Of a stretch of DNA of 64,000 bases, positions 50,175 through 60,934 are shown in pieces. Source of the stretch: an uncultured delta proteobacterium (GTDB lineage Bacteria; Desulfobacterota; Desulfomonilia; UBA1062); assembly GCA_963785235.1 (NCBI GenBank), contig CAWAUM010000007.1, positions 240,768 to 304,767 on the forward strand, written 5' to 3'. Each line of letters opens with the position of its first letter. The stretch's first letter is position 1. Below the pieces are notes generated by a model. It was not told the DNA's origin. It saw only the letters and a program-made list of their open reading frames with translations, and did not search any database. The translations under genes were made by a program, and so were the position numbers.

Positions 50175-50209
50175 TGTCGATTATTCGACCTTTTGTCGAT
50201 TAATCGACA
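50175..50209. promoter_or_regulatory. Tandem palindromic enhancer sites TGTCGA-N4-TCGAC(A/C)
   Basis: TGTCGATTATTCGACC (50175-50190) and TGTCGATTAATCGACA (50194-50209). Confidence 0.75.
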
Positions 50210-50442
50210 TCTGGCGTCCTGCGCTCGGGGCCCTTCACCCCGACCCGGTATGCGGGGCCATCCGAACAGTGACCCGTCCTCAGTCTTTGCCCCGGGCGGT
50301 TTCCGGGCACCCGGGCCCGGAATCATGCCTGCTCCGGCTCACGGCTCACGGCCGCTGGAATGCTCCTTGCAAAAAGAAGAAAGTTACCTGTGCTTCGATA
50401 TCCGTGCGGAGTGAGGAGACCAATCAAGGAGGTTTTGGAAAA

Positions 50443-51755
50443 ATGCATGCATCCCCTTATGTCGACATCGCGGAGAAGATTGACAAGGCAGCATTGCGGG
50501 TACCGAGGTCGAAATCCGGAGACGGGATCTCCGAGGCGTTTCTCGAATATCTCCAGCTGCTCTACACGCCTGAAGAAGCGGAGATCGCCAGTCACCTCAA
50601 GATCGCCGAGGACATAGCCTGGGTGACGTTCCAACCGTCACTGCTCATGACCCCCATCCAGATCGCCCGGGTTTCCGGGAAGCCGCTGAAGGAAGTGACT
50701 AGGATCCTGGGGCAGATGTCGAAAAAGAGCTATGTGCTGGACATCAGCAAGGCCTTGAAGGCATCAACCCTCAACTGGCCGGTCAAGCTGGTGGAGCACT
50801 CAGGAAGATCCAGCAGGCGGAGGGGTTCAAAGCGGCCATCAGGCTGGCGAAGGACTTCATCAGGAACATTCTGGCCAATGCGCGCGAATACGGGCTCAGG
50901 TCGGGTTTTGAGTTCCTCTCCCTTAAGTTGTACGCCTTTCCTCAGATTCCCTACCTGATAAATATACAGAGCTTGTTCCCTGAGATCGGCCCGCATGATA
51001 TTCGGGGAGCCGAGCTTTACCACACGTTCTTTGTGGATGAGAAATACTCTAGGTTCTACGAGTCGAGCGTCAAAGGGACAGCCCTCATGCGGACCATCTC
51101 TATTGCCAAGGAACTTGCCCCACAGGAGAAGATCCTCGATACCGAAGAGGCGCACAAGATCATCGATGCCGCCTCCTATGTGGGCTTCATGCCCTGCCCC
51201 TGCCGAACGCGCACCGAGAAGCTCGGCGGCCGCAAGTGCAAGGAAAAGCACCCGGTGGGCACGTGCATCGTGATGGGTCTGCTGGGCATGGCGACGGAAG
51301 GCTTGGGCATGGGGAGGCAGGCCACCCACCAGGAAGCCAAGGAATATCTCGACGAGATGCATGCCAAGGGGTGCGTGGTTACTACGCACAACATCGAGGA
51401 CAACACCAGCTCCATCATCTGCCTCTGCTGCGGGTGCTGCTGCTCCCAGACCAGGGGGCGGATCTTCTGGGGCAACCCCGATTCCGTGGCGCCTTCTAAC
51501 TTCTTCCCCATGCTGGACGAGAAGTTGTGCGATTTCTGCGGGGACTGCGCGGATAAGTGCATGTTCAAGGCCGTGACCGTGGACAAAGAGGGCAAGAAAC
51601 GGTGGCTGGACCCGGAGCTCTGCATCGGCTGCGGTGTGTGCATCGCCGCGTGCGAGCCGAAAGCTCTGAAGCTCCATCGGAGAGAAAGGTCTGCGTGGCC
51701 TGAGAAGCCGCGGGATCTCTACGATAAGATCGGCAGAGAAAACCACGAGGCATAA
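50443..51755 (+). CDS. Multi-[4Fe-4S] protein, same family as 32173-33483 (frameshift near 50800)
   Basis: YTPEEAEIA, PCPCR, ICLCCGCCC, CDFCGDCADKC, CIGCGVCIAAC. Confidence 0.8.
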
Positions 51756-51831
51756 TGTTGATAATTCGACATCATCCCCATAACTTAACGGGAAATATGC
51801 TATGAGAAAGATTTCAACAAGGAGGTAATAC

Positions 51832-54249
51832 ATGTCCGGGTCGTCTAACCCAAGCAATTTCAATTCTGTGAGTGATCATTCGGTTGCAACGTTACCGTTT
51901 CGCATCGAGGTGGACAAGGACAAGTGCATCGGCTGCAGCCTGTGCGTCAAGAAGTGCCCGGTCCAGACCATAGGGATGGTTCCGCGGAAACAGGCCTCCC
52001 AGGAGCAGCAGACGGCGTGCCAGTACCAGTGTCCAGCGGGGAACAACATCAGGGGGTACATGCAGCTCCTGGCCAAAGGCGGGTCGTACGAGGACGCTTG
52101 GAGGATGATCGTGGAGACGAACCCCATGCCGGCGGTGACCGGAAGGGTGTGCCCGCACCCCTGCGAAAATTCCTGCAACCGCAGCGGTGTGGACATCCCG
52201 CTCAACATCCATGGAATGGAGCGTTTCATCGGGGACTACGCTATCGAGAAGGGGCTTTCCTTCGCAAAGCCCGCCAAGGCGGTCAATGAAAAGGTTGCCG
52301 TGGTGGGATCCGGACCCTCGGGCATGTCGTGCGCCTACCAGCTCGCCAGGCTCGGCTATCAGGTTACCGTATACGATTCGGCTTCAAAGCCGGGGGGCAT
52401 GCTCACCTGGGCCATCCCGAGCTACCGCCTGCCTATATGGGTGGTCGAGAGCGAGCTTAAGCGGATAATTGACCTGGGCATCGTTATGAACCTGAACTCA
52501 ACCGTGGGCGGGGACATCACCATTCCGCAGCTTCGCACAGAGGGTTTTAAAGCCATCTATATCGACATCGGCGCACAGGGCGGCAGGAAGCTTGGCCTGG
52601 ACGGCGAGGACGCCCAAGGCGTCATCTCCGGTGTGGATTTCCTCAGAAAGATCAAACAGGGCATATACCCCGACATCAGCGGCAAGGTCGTGGTCATCGG
52701 CGGCGGCAACGTCGCAGCGGACGCGGCGAGGACGGCTGTCCGTACGGGCGCTGCTTCCGTGGCCATGTACTGTCTCGAATCCGCTGGTGAGATGCCAGCC
52801 TCCGCGGACGAGATCGAGGAGGCCGCAGAGGAAAACATTATGATCCACAACGGCTGGGGGCCGAAGCGCATTATCGTCGAGGACGGCAAGGTCAAGGGTG
52901 TGGAATTTAAGAAATGCACCGCCGTGTTTGACGCGGACTGTAAGTTTGCTCCGAAGTATGATGAGAAAGAAACCATCACCATCGAGGCCGATCGTGTTCT
53001 AGTTTCCATCGGCCAGTCAATCCTGTGGGGCGATCTGCTTAACGGTCTGAGTGTTGATCTCAACCCCGGCGGCACTGCAAAGGCGGACGGGCTAACCTAT
53101 CAGACGCGGGAGAAGGGCGTATTTGCAGGCGGTGATGCAGCAAAGGGCCCGGGGCTGGTAACGGAGGCCATCGGGGCCGGGAGAAAGGCGGCCCTCGCCA
53201 TCGATGCCTTCCTCAGAGGCAAGGAAGTGTCGCTGCCCCAGTTGAAGAAGATCGATTTCACGGGCGTGCCGTTCCCCGAGGTAAGGAAGGCGGACCGGAA
53301 TGTGGTCTCCGTCATCCCGCCGGGGAAAAGGCTTGAACAGCCCGATATGGAGGTATGCCCCTCACTAACCGCCTGCCAGGCGTCGTTCGAGCCCGGGAGA
53401 TGCCTCGGGTGCGGCCTGAGCGAGCCGTACTTCTACGGGATGCAGTTCTTAGGCAAGATCTGCATCTCCTGCAAGAACTGCCAGGCGGTCTGTCCGCAGG
53501 AAGCCATTGTGTTCCCCAAGGTGGATGAAGGCAGGCCCGCCTGCGACTTCAATCACCCCGAGGGAGGCCTTGGATTCCCCATTCCCCTCCAGCCGGAGAA
53601 GCCCGTTCCCTTGAGCGGGATCGGCGACAGGCACTCCGTGAGGGTCTATAAGGACCAGCCCGTGCCAAGGGGGCTCATCGCCAGGGTCATCGATGCGTGC
53701 ACGTTCGCGGGCAACTGCCAGGGGTGGAAGTTCGTGGTGGTCACGGACAGGAAGCTCCTCGCCGACCTGTCGGAATCCTCGCTCAAGTTCCACAGCATCT
53801 TCACCACGCTCTACCAGGGCATGGGGGAAGGCTTCACCAATCTGAAGCAGGCCCTGGCGTTCCCCAAGCCGGTCGCCATCGACCAGAGACCCATGTGCGC
53901 CATCCAGGGCTCGCCGTTGCCGAAGCTCGGAGACGGCATGTTCAACGCGCCGGTGGCTATTTTCCTTCTGAAGCACGGGATGCACATTTCCGAGCCCGAG
54001 CTCGGCATGGGCATCCTTGGGCAGAACATGGTGATGGCCGCCCATTCGCTCGGACTAGGAACCTGCTACGTGGGATTCGTGTCGAATGCGCTGAACCTCA
54101 ATCCCATCACCAGGAAGAAGTTCGGCAAGAGGCTTGGACTCGAGTGGCCCTACAGCTCCGTGTCCCTCGTGATCACCCTCGGCTACCCAGCGGTGCAGGT
54201 GGACATGCCCGTGATTCGTGAGTCCCCCGAGTTTGCGTGGGTGGAGTAG
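51832..54249 (+). CDS. Ferredoxin + GltD/NfnB-like FAD oxidoreductase + ferredoxin + nitroreductase fusion
   Basis: CIGCSLCVKKCP, CQYQCPAG, GRVCPHPCENSC, VVGSGPSG, IGGGNVA, FAGGD, RCLGC, RHSVRVY, AHSLGLGTC, LGYP. Confidence 0.82.
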   Translation: MSGSSNPSNFNSVSDHSVATLPFRIEVDKDKCIGCSLCVKKCPVQTIGMVPRKQASQEQQTACQYQCPAGNNIRGYMQLLAKGGSYEDAWRMIVETNPMPAVTGRVCPHPCENSCNRSGVDIPLNIHGMERFIGDYAIEKGLSFAKPAKAVNEKVAVVGSGPSGMSCAYQLARLGYQVTVYDSASKPGGMLTWAIPSYRLPIWVVESELKRIIDLGIVMNLNSTVGGDITIPQLRTEGFKAIYIDIGAQGGRKLGLDGEDAQGVISGVDFLRKIKQGIYPDISGKVVVIGGGNVAADAARTAVRTGAASVAMYCLESAGEMPASADEIEEAAEENIMIHNGWGPKRIIVEDGKVKGVEFKKCTAVFDADCKFAPKYDEKETITIEADRVLVSIGQSILWGDLLNGLSVDLNPGGTAKADGLTYQTREKGVFAGGDAAKGPGLVTEAIGAGRKAALAIDAFLRGKEVSLPQLKKIDFTGVPFPEVRKADRNVVSVIPPGKRLEQPDMEVCPSLTACQASFEPGRCLGCGLSEPYFYGMQFLGKICISCKNCQAVCPQEAIVFPKVDEGRPACDFNHPEGGLGFPIPLQPEKPVPLSGIGDRHSVRVYKDQPVPRGLIARVIDACTFAGNCQGWKFVVVTDRKLLADLSESSLKFHSIFTTLYQGMGEGFTNLKQALAFPKPVAIDQRPMCAIQGSPLPKLGDGMFNAPVAIFLLKHGMHISEPELGMGILGQNMVMAAHSLGLGTCYVGFVSNALNLNPITRKKFGKRLGLEWPYSSVSLVITLGYPAVQVDMPVIRESPEFAWVE

Positions 54250-54293
54250 AGTTTGGAGGCGCAGGGTTCCGTAAAAAGGAGAGCATTGATCTG

Positions 54294-54455
54294 TTCAGAT
54301 GGAGACTGAACCCGGAGCTCTGCATCGGCTGCAGGGTATGCGTCGTGGGGTGCGGGCAGGACGCAGTGAAGCTCTCCCGCAGGGAGAGGTCTACGCCCTT
54401 CAAGACGCGGTTCGAACTCTGCCGGAAGATCGACGCGGAGGACCACGAAGGGTGA
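54294..54455 (+). pseudogene. Remnant 3' end of a [4Fe-4S] protein paralogous to 50443-51755
   Basis: WRLNPELCIGCRVCVVGC..RRERS..DHEG versus WLDPELCIGCGVCIAAC..RRERS..NHEA. Confidence 0.65.
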
Positions 54456-54515
54456 TGCCGACGGCTCGGCATCACTATTTGCGCATGGGGCATCAATGAC
54501 CGCTATAGAAGTCTT

Positions 54516-55763
54516 TCATGGAGTGTCTGTCTGGGTGAGCGGCAGCTCTGTGCTTTGAGCAGGTCTGAACAGGATTTTGGAAAAGATTAAAGGCGAGATC
54601 GTGCATGTAACCACTGCCGTCAGGATGACAGCCGTATTCGTTGCCGCATTGATGACCCCAAGTTTCAGTGCAATGGCCGATGCTGCAATGATAAGAGACA
54701 TCCGTGATGAGAGCAGGAATCCAGCGGCAATACTCTGCCGCAACGTAAAGAGGTAATTGAATAGCAGGGCTGGCAGCAGCTTCACCAGATAGGCCACCGC
54801 GATCAGGATGACGACCAGAGGCATTGCCGCATGGGAGACCATAAGCGACCTCAGATCAAATCCTACGCCGACGTTGATGAAAAAGATGGGAATGAAGAAG
54901 CCGTAGCCGACCGCATCGAGCTTTTCCCGCAATGGCGTCTCGTGTTTCGGGCTGTTCACGCTCAGGATCAGTCCGGCCAGAAAGGCTCCCAGGATTACCT
55001 CTATCCCTAGGATTTCCGCAAGCACCACCCAGATGACCATGAGGGCGAAGGCGCCACGCACTTGAATCTGGGCCGTAGCGTGCGAGAGATTCTCCACGAT
55101 GCGCCCCAGCATGGGCATCTTTTTTATCCGGACAGACACCTTCATCGTCACCACAAAGGTGACCAGAAGTATCAAGAAGAACAGGATATTCACTAGATGC
55201 CCCTGACTCATTAACGTTATCATAAGGCTGAGAAGGACTAATGTTATGAAGTCGCTGAAGAAAGCGGTGATCAATAATGTCTGACCATAGGTGGTGCTGG
55301 TTAGTCCCTTCTCCTTGAGAATCGGCACCACAACTCCCAGAGAGGTAGTGCACAGGATCAATCCCATGAGAATGGCATTGCTCGCGAGCTCCATGTAAGC
55401 CAAACCTATACCGAACATTCCCGCGATGAATAAGGTCATGGAGAAATAGATCAATGAGATGGAGATGGGACTCCTCCATCTAAAACGGGAACCTCCTGGT
55501 TCTGCTGCAGCGAAGAGTGTTTCAAGATTTACCTCCAGGCCTGAAAGGAACATCAGGAAGGTAAACCCGAACTGCGAAAGAAACTCGATGGCAGCGGTGG
55601 GCTGAACCAGATTGCAGCCGCTCTTGCCGATAAGAATTCCAGCCAGGATCTCCCCAACAACGATTGGCAGCTGGATCCGCTTAAAGCGGTCGGTCAGGAT
55701 CGGCACAACAACAGCCAAGCCTGTGATGAGTAAAAGCGGGATATATTGGGAACCAATAACCAT
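54516..55763 (-). CDS. Monovalent cation:proton antiporter (CPA2)
   Basis: VGEILAGILIG, LMFLSGLE, TTSLGVV, LGAFLAG, FFIPIFF; ~12 TM. Confidence 0.9.
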   Translation of the reverse strand: MVIGSQYIPLLLITGLAVVVPILTDRFKRIQLPIVVGEILAGILIGKSGCNLVQPTAAIEFLSQFGFTFLMFLSGLEVNLETLFAAAEPGGSRFRWRSPISISLIYFSMTLFIAGMFGIGLAYMELASNAILMGLILCTTSLGVVVPILKEKGLTSTTYGQTLLITAFFSDFITLVLLSLMITLMSQGHLVNILFFLILLVTFVVTMKVSVRIKKMPMLGRIVENLSHATAQIQVRGAFALMVIWVVLAEILGIEVILGAFLAGLILSVNSPKHETPLREKLDAVGYGFFIPIFFINVGVGFDLRSLMVSHAAMPLVVILIAVAYLVKLLPALLFNYLFTLRQSIAAGFLLSSRMSLIIAASAIALKLGVINAATNTAVILTAVVTCTISPLIFSKILFRPAQSTELPLTQTDTP

Positions 55764-56030
55764 AATATATTCCTTTCACTAAATATTATTCTTTGATTTC
55801 CTCATCTCGCAAATTCCTGGTGGAACGATATACTCATACGCAAGATAAGTACGGATCGCAGGACGATGGACCCTGAATGCCGCAGACGGGCCAGCAACAG
55901 AATGCGGGGATCTGGATGAAGAATATCATCAGCTGAAGAGGAATAAATTTCTGCATGCCCCGACCTTTCAATTCGTCATGGGGTAAGGACCGTCAGCCGG
56001 ACGGTCTTTCCCCTGCATGACGCATTGTTA

Positions 56031-56046
56031 AGCCAGAACCATGCCA
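56031..56046 (-). promoter_or_regulatory. Candidate sigma54 promoter for the antiporter
   Basis: Minus strand TGGCATGGTTCTGGCT (GG-N10-GC). Confidence 0.6.
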
Positions 56047-56142
56047 GTAAGGGGCCACCCTTCTGATTGCCCCATGGATAAGGGCTGTTCACAGCCTTGC
56101 GCGGAAAACGGGAAGGGGTAGAGTGCGGAAGCGAAAGGTTTC

Positions 56143-56158
56143 TGTCGATTATTCGACA
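56143..56158. promoter_or_regulatory. Palindromic enhancer site TGTCGATTATTCGACA
   Basis: Same motif as at 50175/50194; abuts the regulator stop codon. Confidence 0.75.
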
Positions 56159-58459
56159 TCAGTCTTTCTGCTGCCTTATGCCCAGCACTTTCATCCTCGA
56201 AATGAGTGTGGTGCGCTTGAGCCCGAGCTTTTCCGCGGCGCCTCCTTTACCGGCGATGCGCCACCCAGTGCTCTTGAGCACCTTGGTAATGTGCCTGCGC
56301 TCCACTTCCTTGAGGTTGTGCTGAGGCGGATCTTCATGGGGGGAAGAGTCGGGAAGCAGTACGTCGAGGGTTTTCCTGCTCACGATCATGGCGCGCTCGA
56401 CCACGTTCTTGAGCTCCCGGATGTTGCCGGGCCACGAGTACCGTCTGAGGGCCTCCATGCTCTTCTGGGGGATGCCTTCGATGCGTTTGCCAAGCTCCTT
56501 TTCATATTGCCTTACAAATACCCAGACCAGGGCGGGGATATCCTCGGCCCGTTCGCGCAGCGGAGGGATCACGATAGGGAATACATTCAGGCGGTAGTAC
56601 AGGTCTTTCCTGAACTTACCCTCTTTCACGGCCTCTGCCAGATCGCGGTTGGTTGCGGCTATCAGGCGGACATTGACATGAATGGTTTTTGTGGACCCCA
56701 ACCTCTCGAATGTGCCGGCTTCGATAACCCTTAGAAGTTTGCTCTGCAGCTCGATAGGAAGCTCGCCGATCTCATCCAGGAAGAGGCTCGACCCGTCGGC
56801 TGTTTCGAAGCGGCCGGCTATTCTCGTCATGGCACCGGTGAAAGCGCCCTTTTCCCGGCCGAAGAGCTCGCTCTCGATCAGGGTTGGCGGCAGTGACGCA
56901 CAGTTCACCGTGATGAGCGGCCGGTCACTCCTCCTGCTCATGTTATGAATCGCACGGGCAAACAGCTCTTTGCCTGTACCCGTCTCGCCGAGGATGAGTA
57001 CGGTGGAGTCCGTGGGCGCCACCTGCTCGGCATTGACAAGCACGTGCCTGATGGCCTCGCTTTCTCCGACGATGTCGCTGTGCTCAAAGAGCAGTTTGAC
57101 TTCCTCCCGGAGGTAGACATTCTCCTTTTCCAGCCTCTCCTTAAGTCTTTCGATCTCCGACAGCCGATCCCTGAGCTGTTCCTCCATGAGCTTGCGATCG
57201 GTGATGTCTATGGACACACCCATGAGGCGGTCAGGTTCTCCGGCTGAATCCGAATGCGGACGCCCGAGGCCGACAAGCCAGCGGATCCCCCCATCTGAGA
57301 GTTTGACGCGGTATTCGATCCTGGAAACATGTTGTGATTGCATGGCATCCTGAAGGGCTTGTCTGACATTATCGCGATCCTCCGGGTGAATGACTTCGAG
57401 CAGACCTTCCAGGGTCAATTCGCCCTCACGGACAACATCGTGCAGTTCGAGGGCTTTCGGTGTGGTCAGGATTCTGCCGGTCGACATATCCAGAGACCAG
57501 AGACCGGCATCTGCGGATTCTGCTGCGAGACTGAGGCGTAACTCGCTCTCTTCTAAGGCCTTTAGAGCCTGCTCAAGATCTGCTCTATCTATGCCGACTC
57601 CAACCATGTAGTAGTCGTCATTGATAACAGTCCTTACCCCGGTCAGGAAAAAGGGAATACCCACTCCATCTTTTGTAAGACCTGTCGAATAAGTACTCGA
57701 CCTTCCAGATGTAAAGGCTTCCTGCATCTTTACCTTGATGACCTTTGCATCTTCTTTACTGTAAAAGTCCAACGCATTGAAACCAGCAAGTTCCTGAGGA
57801 GAATATCCAAGTACTTGCTCAAAATATTGATTCCATTTCACGAGCCGTAAATTTTTATCAAAAACATAAAATATTGACGGTATGGCCTCGATAACGTCTT
57901 CAGCAAATTGTGTTTCCTTGCGCAGTTTCTCTTCGGCAAGCCTCCGGACCTCGATCTCTTTCTTGAGACTCTGGTTCGCCTTTCTCAGCTTTTCCGTACG
58001 CTTGTGTACCAGCTTCTCAAGGTGTTCCTTGAGTTGTAACACTTCGAGCTGCGATTCCCGTATGTCAGTTATGTCACGGGCGATGCCCCTGAACCCCACC
58101 GGAGCATTGTTGTTATCTCTCATCAGGGTTATAGAGAGCTGGATGGTCCTTTTCGACCCATCCTTTCTGACAACTTCCACTTCCTCGGACTTCAAAGGCT
58201 TGCCGCTCAGGTAGACTTGATTGAATTTCGTAAAAATCTCTCTGGCATATTTGCTGCCTTTTAAATCCCTGTAGGATTTGCCGCGCAGCTCCTCTGCAGA
58301 GTATCCAAGAATCCTTGTGAGGGCGCTGTTAAAAAAGGTGATGCGGCCATTAAGATCTATCTCGTAGTAGCCGTCTTCAATCTGATCGAGGATGGTATTT
58401 GATTTCTGCTCGCATGCAAGCAGTGCATCTTCAGCCTTCTTGGTTGGTGATTTTTTCAT
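56159..58459 (-). CDS. Triple-PAS FhlA-like sigma54 activator
   Basis: Three PAS domains, [36 protein letters not shown]. Confidence 0.92.
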   Translation of the reverse strand: MKKSPTKKAEDALLACEQKSNTILDQIEDGYYEIDLNGRITFFNSALTRILGYSAEELRGKSYRDLKGSKYAREIFTKFNQVYLSGKPLKSEEVEVVRKDGSKRTIQLSITLMRDNNNAPVGFRGIARDITDIRESQLEVLQLKEHLEKLVHKRTEKLRKANQSLKKEIEVRRLAEEKLRKETQFAEDVIEAIPSIFYVFDKNLRLVKWNQYFEQVLGYSPQELAGFNALDFYSKEDAKVIKVKMQEAFTSGRSSTYSTGLTKDGVGIPFFLTGVRTVINDDYYMVGVGIDRADLEQALKALEESELRLSLAAESADAGLWSLDMSTGRILTTPKALELHDVVREGELTLEGLLEVIHPEDRDNVRQALQDAMQSQHVSRIEYRVKLSDGGIRWLVGLGRPHSDSAGEPDRLMGVSIDITDRKLMEEQLRDRLSEIERLKERLEKENVYLREEVKLLFEHSDIVGESEAIRHVLVNAEQVAPTDSTVLILGETGTGKELFARAIHNMSRRSDRPLITVNCASLPPTLIESELFGREKGAFTGAMTRIAGRFETADGSSLFLDEIGELPIELQSKLLRVIEAGTFERLGSTKTIHVNVRLIAATNRDLAEAVKEGKFRKDLYYRLNVFPIVIPPLRERAEDIPALVWVFVRQYEKELGKRIEGIPQKSMEALRRYSWPGNIRELKNVVERAMIVSRKTLDVLLPDSSPHEDPPQHNLKEVERRHITKVLKSTGWRIAGKGGAAEKLGLKRTTLISRMKVLGIRQQKD

Positions 58460-59010
58460 GTATAGCCTCCTTTAAATCCTATCAAACGGCCTGTCTCAGA
58501 TCAGAGATGATAAAAATATTTGTGCATACCAAGCGCCTTCATTTTGAAATAGAGGCTCATGCGTTTCATGCCCAAGGTCTAGGCAGCACCTCTGGGTATA
58601 CTGACCGTGGTTCCTGTAACAATCATTATAATATTGATTATGAATGATGTCTACGAATCACATATCATGAGTAGTAACCAGCCAATCGATCATTAAAATA
58701 AGTTTTTCTACAGTACTCTCAAGATATCTGTAATAACCTTGGCTGGGAGATATCAAGAACCTTTCTCAAATGGGGCATCAACAGTCTATATATCTGAGGC
58801 TATCGGTGGTTGATATGTTTTTAATAGAAATTCAATCAGATATCTGAAGATCAATCTATGTATGTTCTTATATAAACCATTAATCTCTTTAATAAATTAC
58901 TGGCCCCAATCTCAGATTATGAACCATTGATCTCTGCAATTGATCAGCTCTACGAGTCCTGATAAATCGATGATCCAGTTCCAGGAGGCCTATGGTTATT
59001 CCAGAGTATA

Positions 59011-59083
59011 GATTACTTTTCATAATCATCGGAAAAGAGTGGCAATGGAAAGTGATGATATCATGCCAGATGTCACGCTCTGG
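59011..59083. repeat. Dispersed non-coding repeat, copy A (partial)
   Basis: GATTACTTTTCATAATCATCGGAAAAGAG..GGAAAGTGATGATATCATGCCA, similar to the copies at 60755 and 63443. Confidence 0.75.
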
Positions 59084-59157
59084 TATGAATGAGAGGCATC
59101 ATATGTTGCAAACCATAATCAACACTTCAACTGACAGCACTGTAAGGCAGTTTCACT

Positions 59158-59191
59158 ATAGAGATTGCTTTGGACATAGAGATTGCTTTGG
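59158..59191. repeat. 16-bp direct repeat
   Basis: ATAGAGATTGCTTTGG at 59158 and 59176. Confidence 0.8.
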
Positions 59192-59320
59192 TCTTGTAAT
59201 ATAACCATAATACTTTATAATTAGACCTGTAGCTCATCCAACCCTAGATTCTTTTCTGGCAACATGAGAGCCCTTTCATTTCGTGCAAGAGGGAAGTCTG
59301 TGGGCGAGAACAATATATCT

Positions 59321-59392
59321 ATTGAATCCGAAAGCCGTAGTGCCACAGTTATGTTTGCCGACATCTCAGGCTTTTCGATGATGTCCGTGAAG
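59321..59392 (+). pseudogene. Class III adenylate/guanylate cyclase remnant
   Basis: Translates IESESRSATVMFADISGFSMMSVK. Confidence 0.6.
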
Positions 59393-59412
59393 ATCTATGG
59401 AGGGTCTTTTTT

Positions 59413-60627
59413 ATGACGTATAAGGTTTTTGAACCTATGCAATTAGCAGGAATACCATTTAAGAACAAACTCATCCGTTCTGCAACCCATGAAGGAATGT
59501 CCGATGAACGAGGTTATCCCACCGAACAACTGAAAAAGTGTTACATCCAACTGGCAAAAGGTGAAGTGGGGGCAATAATAACCGGACTTGCCGGAATCCA
59601 GCAGAATGGCAAATCCATATATAGGATGCAGATGATCGATAAAGATGATTGCATTGCACCCTACAGACTCCTCGTGGATGTTATCCATGATTATAACACC
59701 CCAATGATCATGCAGATTGCACACTGCGGTAGACAAACCCGTTCAAAGATTACCGGTGAGACCCCTGTTGCCCCTTCTGCCCTTAGAGACAAGATGTTCA
59801 GTGAGGAACGGCCTCATGAATTGTCTGATGCAGAGATTGAAGGGATCATAGATCATTTTGTCCAAGCTATAGGAAGGGCACAAAAGGCTGGATTTGACGG
59901 GGTGCAACTCCATGCAGCCCATGGGTATTTACTGGCAGAATTTCTTTCCCCATACATGAATCGTCGCCAAGATAAATGGGGAGGAAACACTCAGAACAGG
60001 TTCCGCATCATACAAGAAATCTACCAACGATCTAGAAAGGTCTTTGGGGATTTCCCCATACTGATAAAGATGAATGCCTATGATGGCCGCAGGAATGGTA
60101 TGCGTCTTGAGGAGGCAGTTAAGATTGCAGAACTCCTTGAGCAGTCCGGATGTTCCGCAATTGAGGTGTCATGCGGAGTTATTGAAGATGGCTTTTATAC
60201 GGTCCGGGGTGAATCCTTACCATTGGACGCATTGTTTGCATATCACTTCAAATTCAAGGCATTGCCGTCTTTTATAAAAGCTATGATGAGGCCATTTGCC
60301 AATATCGTTATGCCGCCTGTCCGGCCCCTGACGAATTACAACGTCCCTGCAGCCCAAACCATCAAGGCCCATGTTTCCATCCCGGTTATTGTAGTCGGAG
60401 GGATACGGTCACTGGATGATCTGAATCAGGTCATAATGAATCAACAGGCTGACATGGTGTCTATGTGCCGTCCCTTTATTATTGAACCGGATATTGTAAA
60501 AAAACTTAAAGAAGGCAGGCAGCAAGTTTCAAAGTGCATCTCCTGTAATTATTGCATTATTGCAGCAGAAGAACGACCTCTGCACTGTTATTACGGCAAG
60601 ATAAAGCCAGAAAGGCACGATCTTTGA
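59413..60627 (+). CDS. NADH:flavin oxidoreductase (Old Yellow Enzyme family)
   Basis: RSATHEG, QIAHCGRQ, GFDGVQLHAAHGYLL..FLSP..NRR.D.WGG, C-terminal CISCNYC. Confidence 0.92.
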   Translation: MTYKVFEPMQLAGIPFKNKLIRSATHEGMSDERGYPTEQLKKCYIQLAKGEVGAIITGLAGIQQNGKSIYRMQMIDKDDCIAPYRLLVDVIHDYNTPMIMQIAHCGRQTRSKITGETPVAPSALRDKMFSEERPHELSDAEIEGIIDHFVQAIGRAQKAGFDGVQLHAAHGYLLAEFLSPYMNRRQDKWGGNTQNRFRIIQEIYQRSRKVFGDFPILIKMNAYDGRRNGMRLEEAVKIAELLEQSGCSAIEVSCGVIEDGFYTVRGESLPLDALFAYHFKFKALPSFIKAMMRPFANIVMPPVRPLTNYNVPAAQTIKAHVSIPVIVVGGIRSLDDLNQVIMNQQADMVSMCRPFIIEPDIVKKLKEGRQQVSKCISCNYCIIAAEERPLHCYYGKIKPERHDL

Positions 60628-60754
60628 ATCTCATTTTTTACTGTTTGGTATTTACTCTTTAGTAGTGTGGAAAGTGGCTCAATTTTATTGGGGTTAAAGC
60701 ATAAATTTAGGGCTAGAAGTCTCATTTATCAAAGATGAAGATGCATCCTGTGTT

Positions 60755-60912
60755 GATTTCTTTTGATAATCATCGCAAAGGACGGGTAAGGGAAACCGTT
60801 GATATCATGCCATCAGGTTCGCTCTAGATCGAGTGTCTATTTGTGTAGGTAATATTTATAAGATCATCGATCTTGGGACATCCTGAAACCGCCCATCTTA
60901 TATTGCAAAATC
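60755..60912. repeat. Dispersed non-coding repeat, copy B
   Basis: ..ATAATCATCG..GGGAAACCG..TCATGCCA..GAGTGTCT..TGTGTAGGTAATATTT..AGATCATCG..TGGGAC..CTGAAAC..TATTGCA. Confidence 0.8.
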
Positions 60913-60934
60913 ATTAGTCTGAGAAAAGTGAAGA

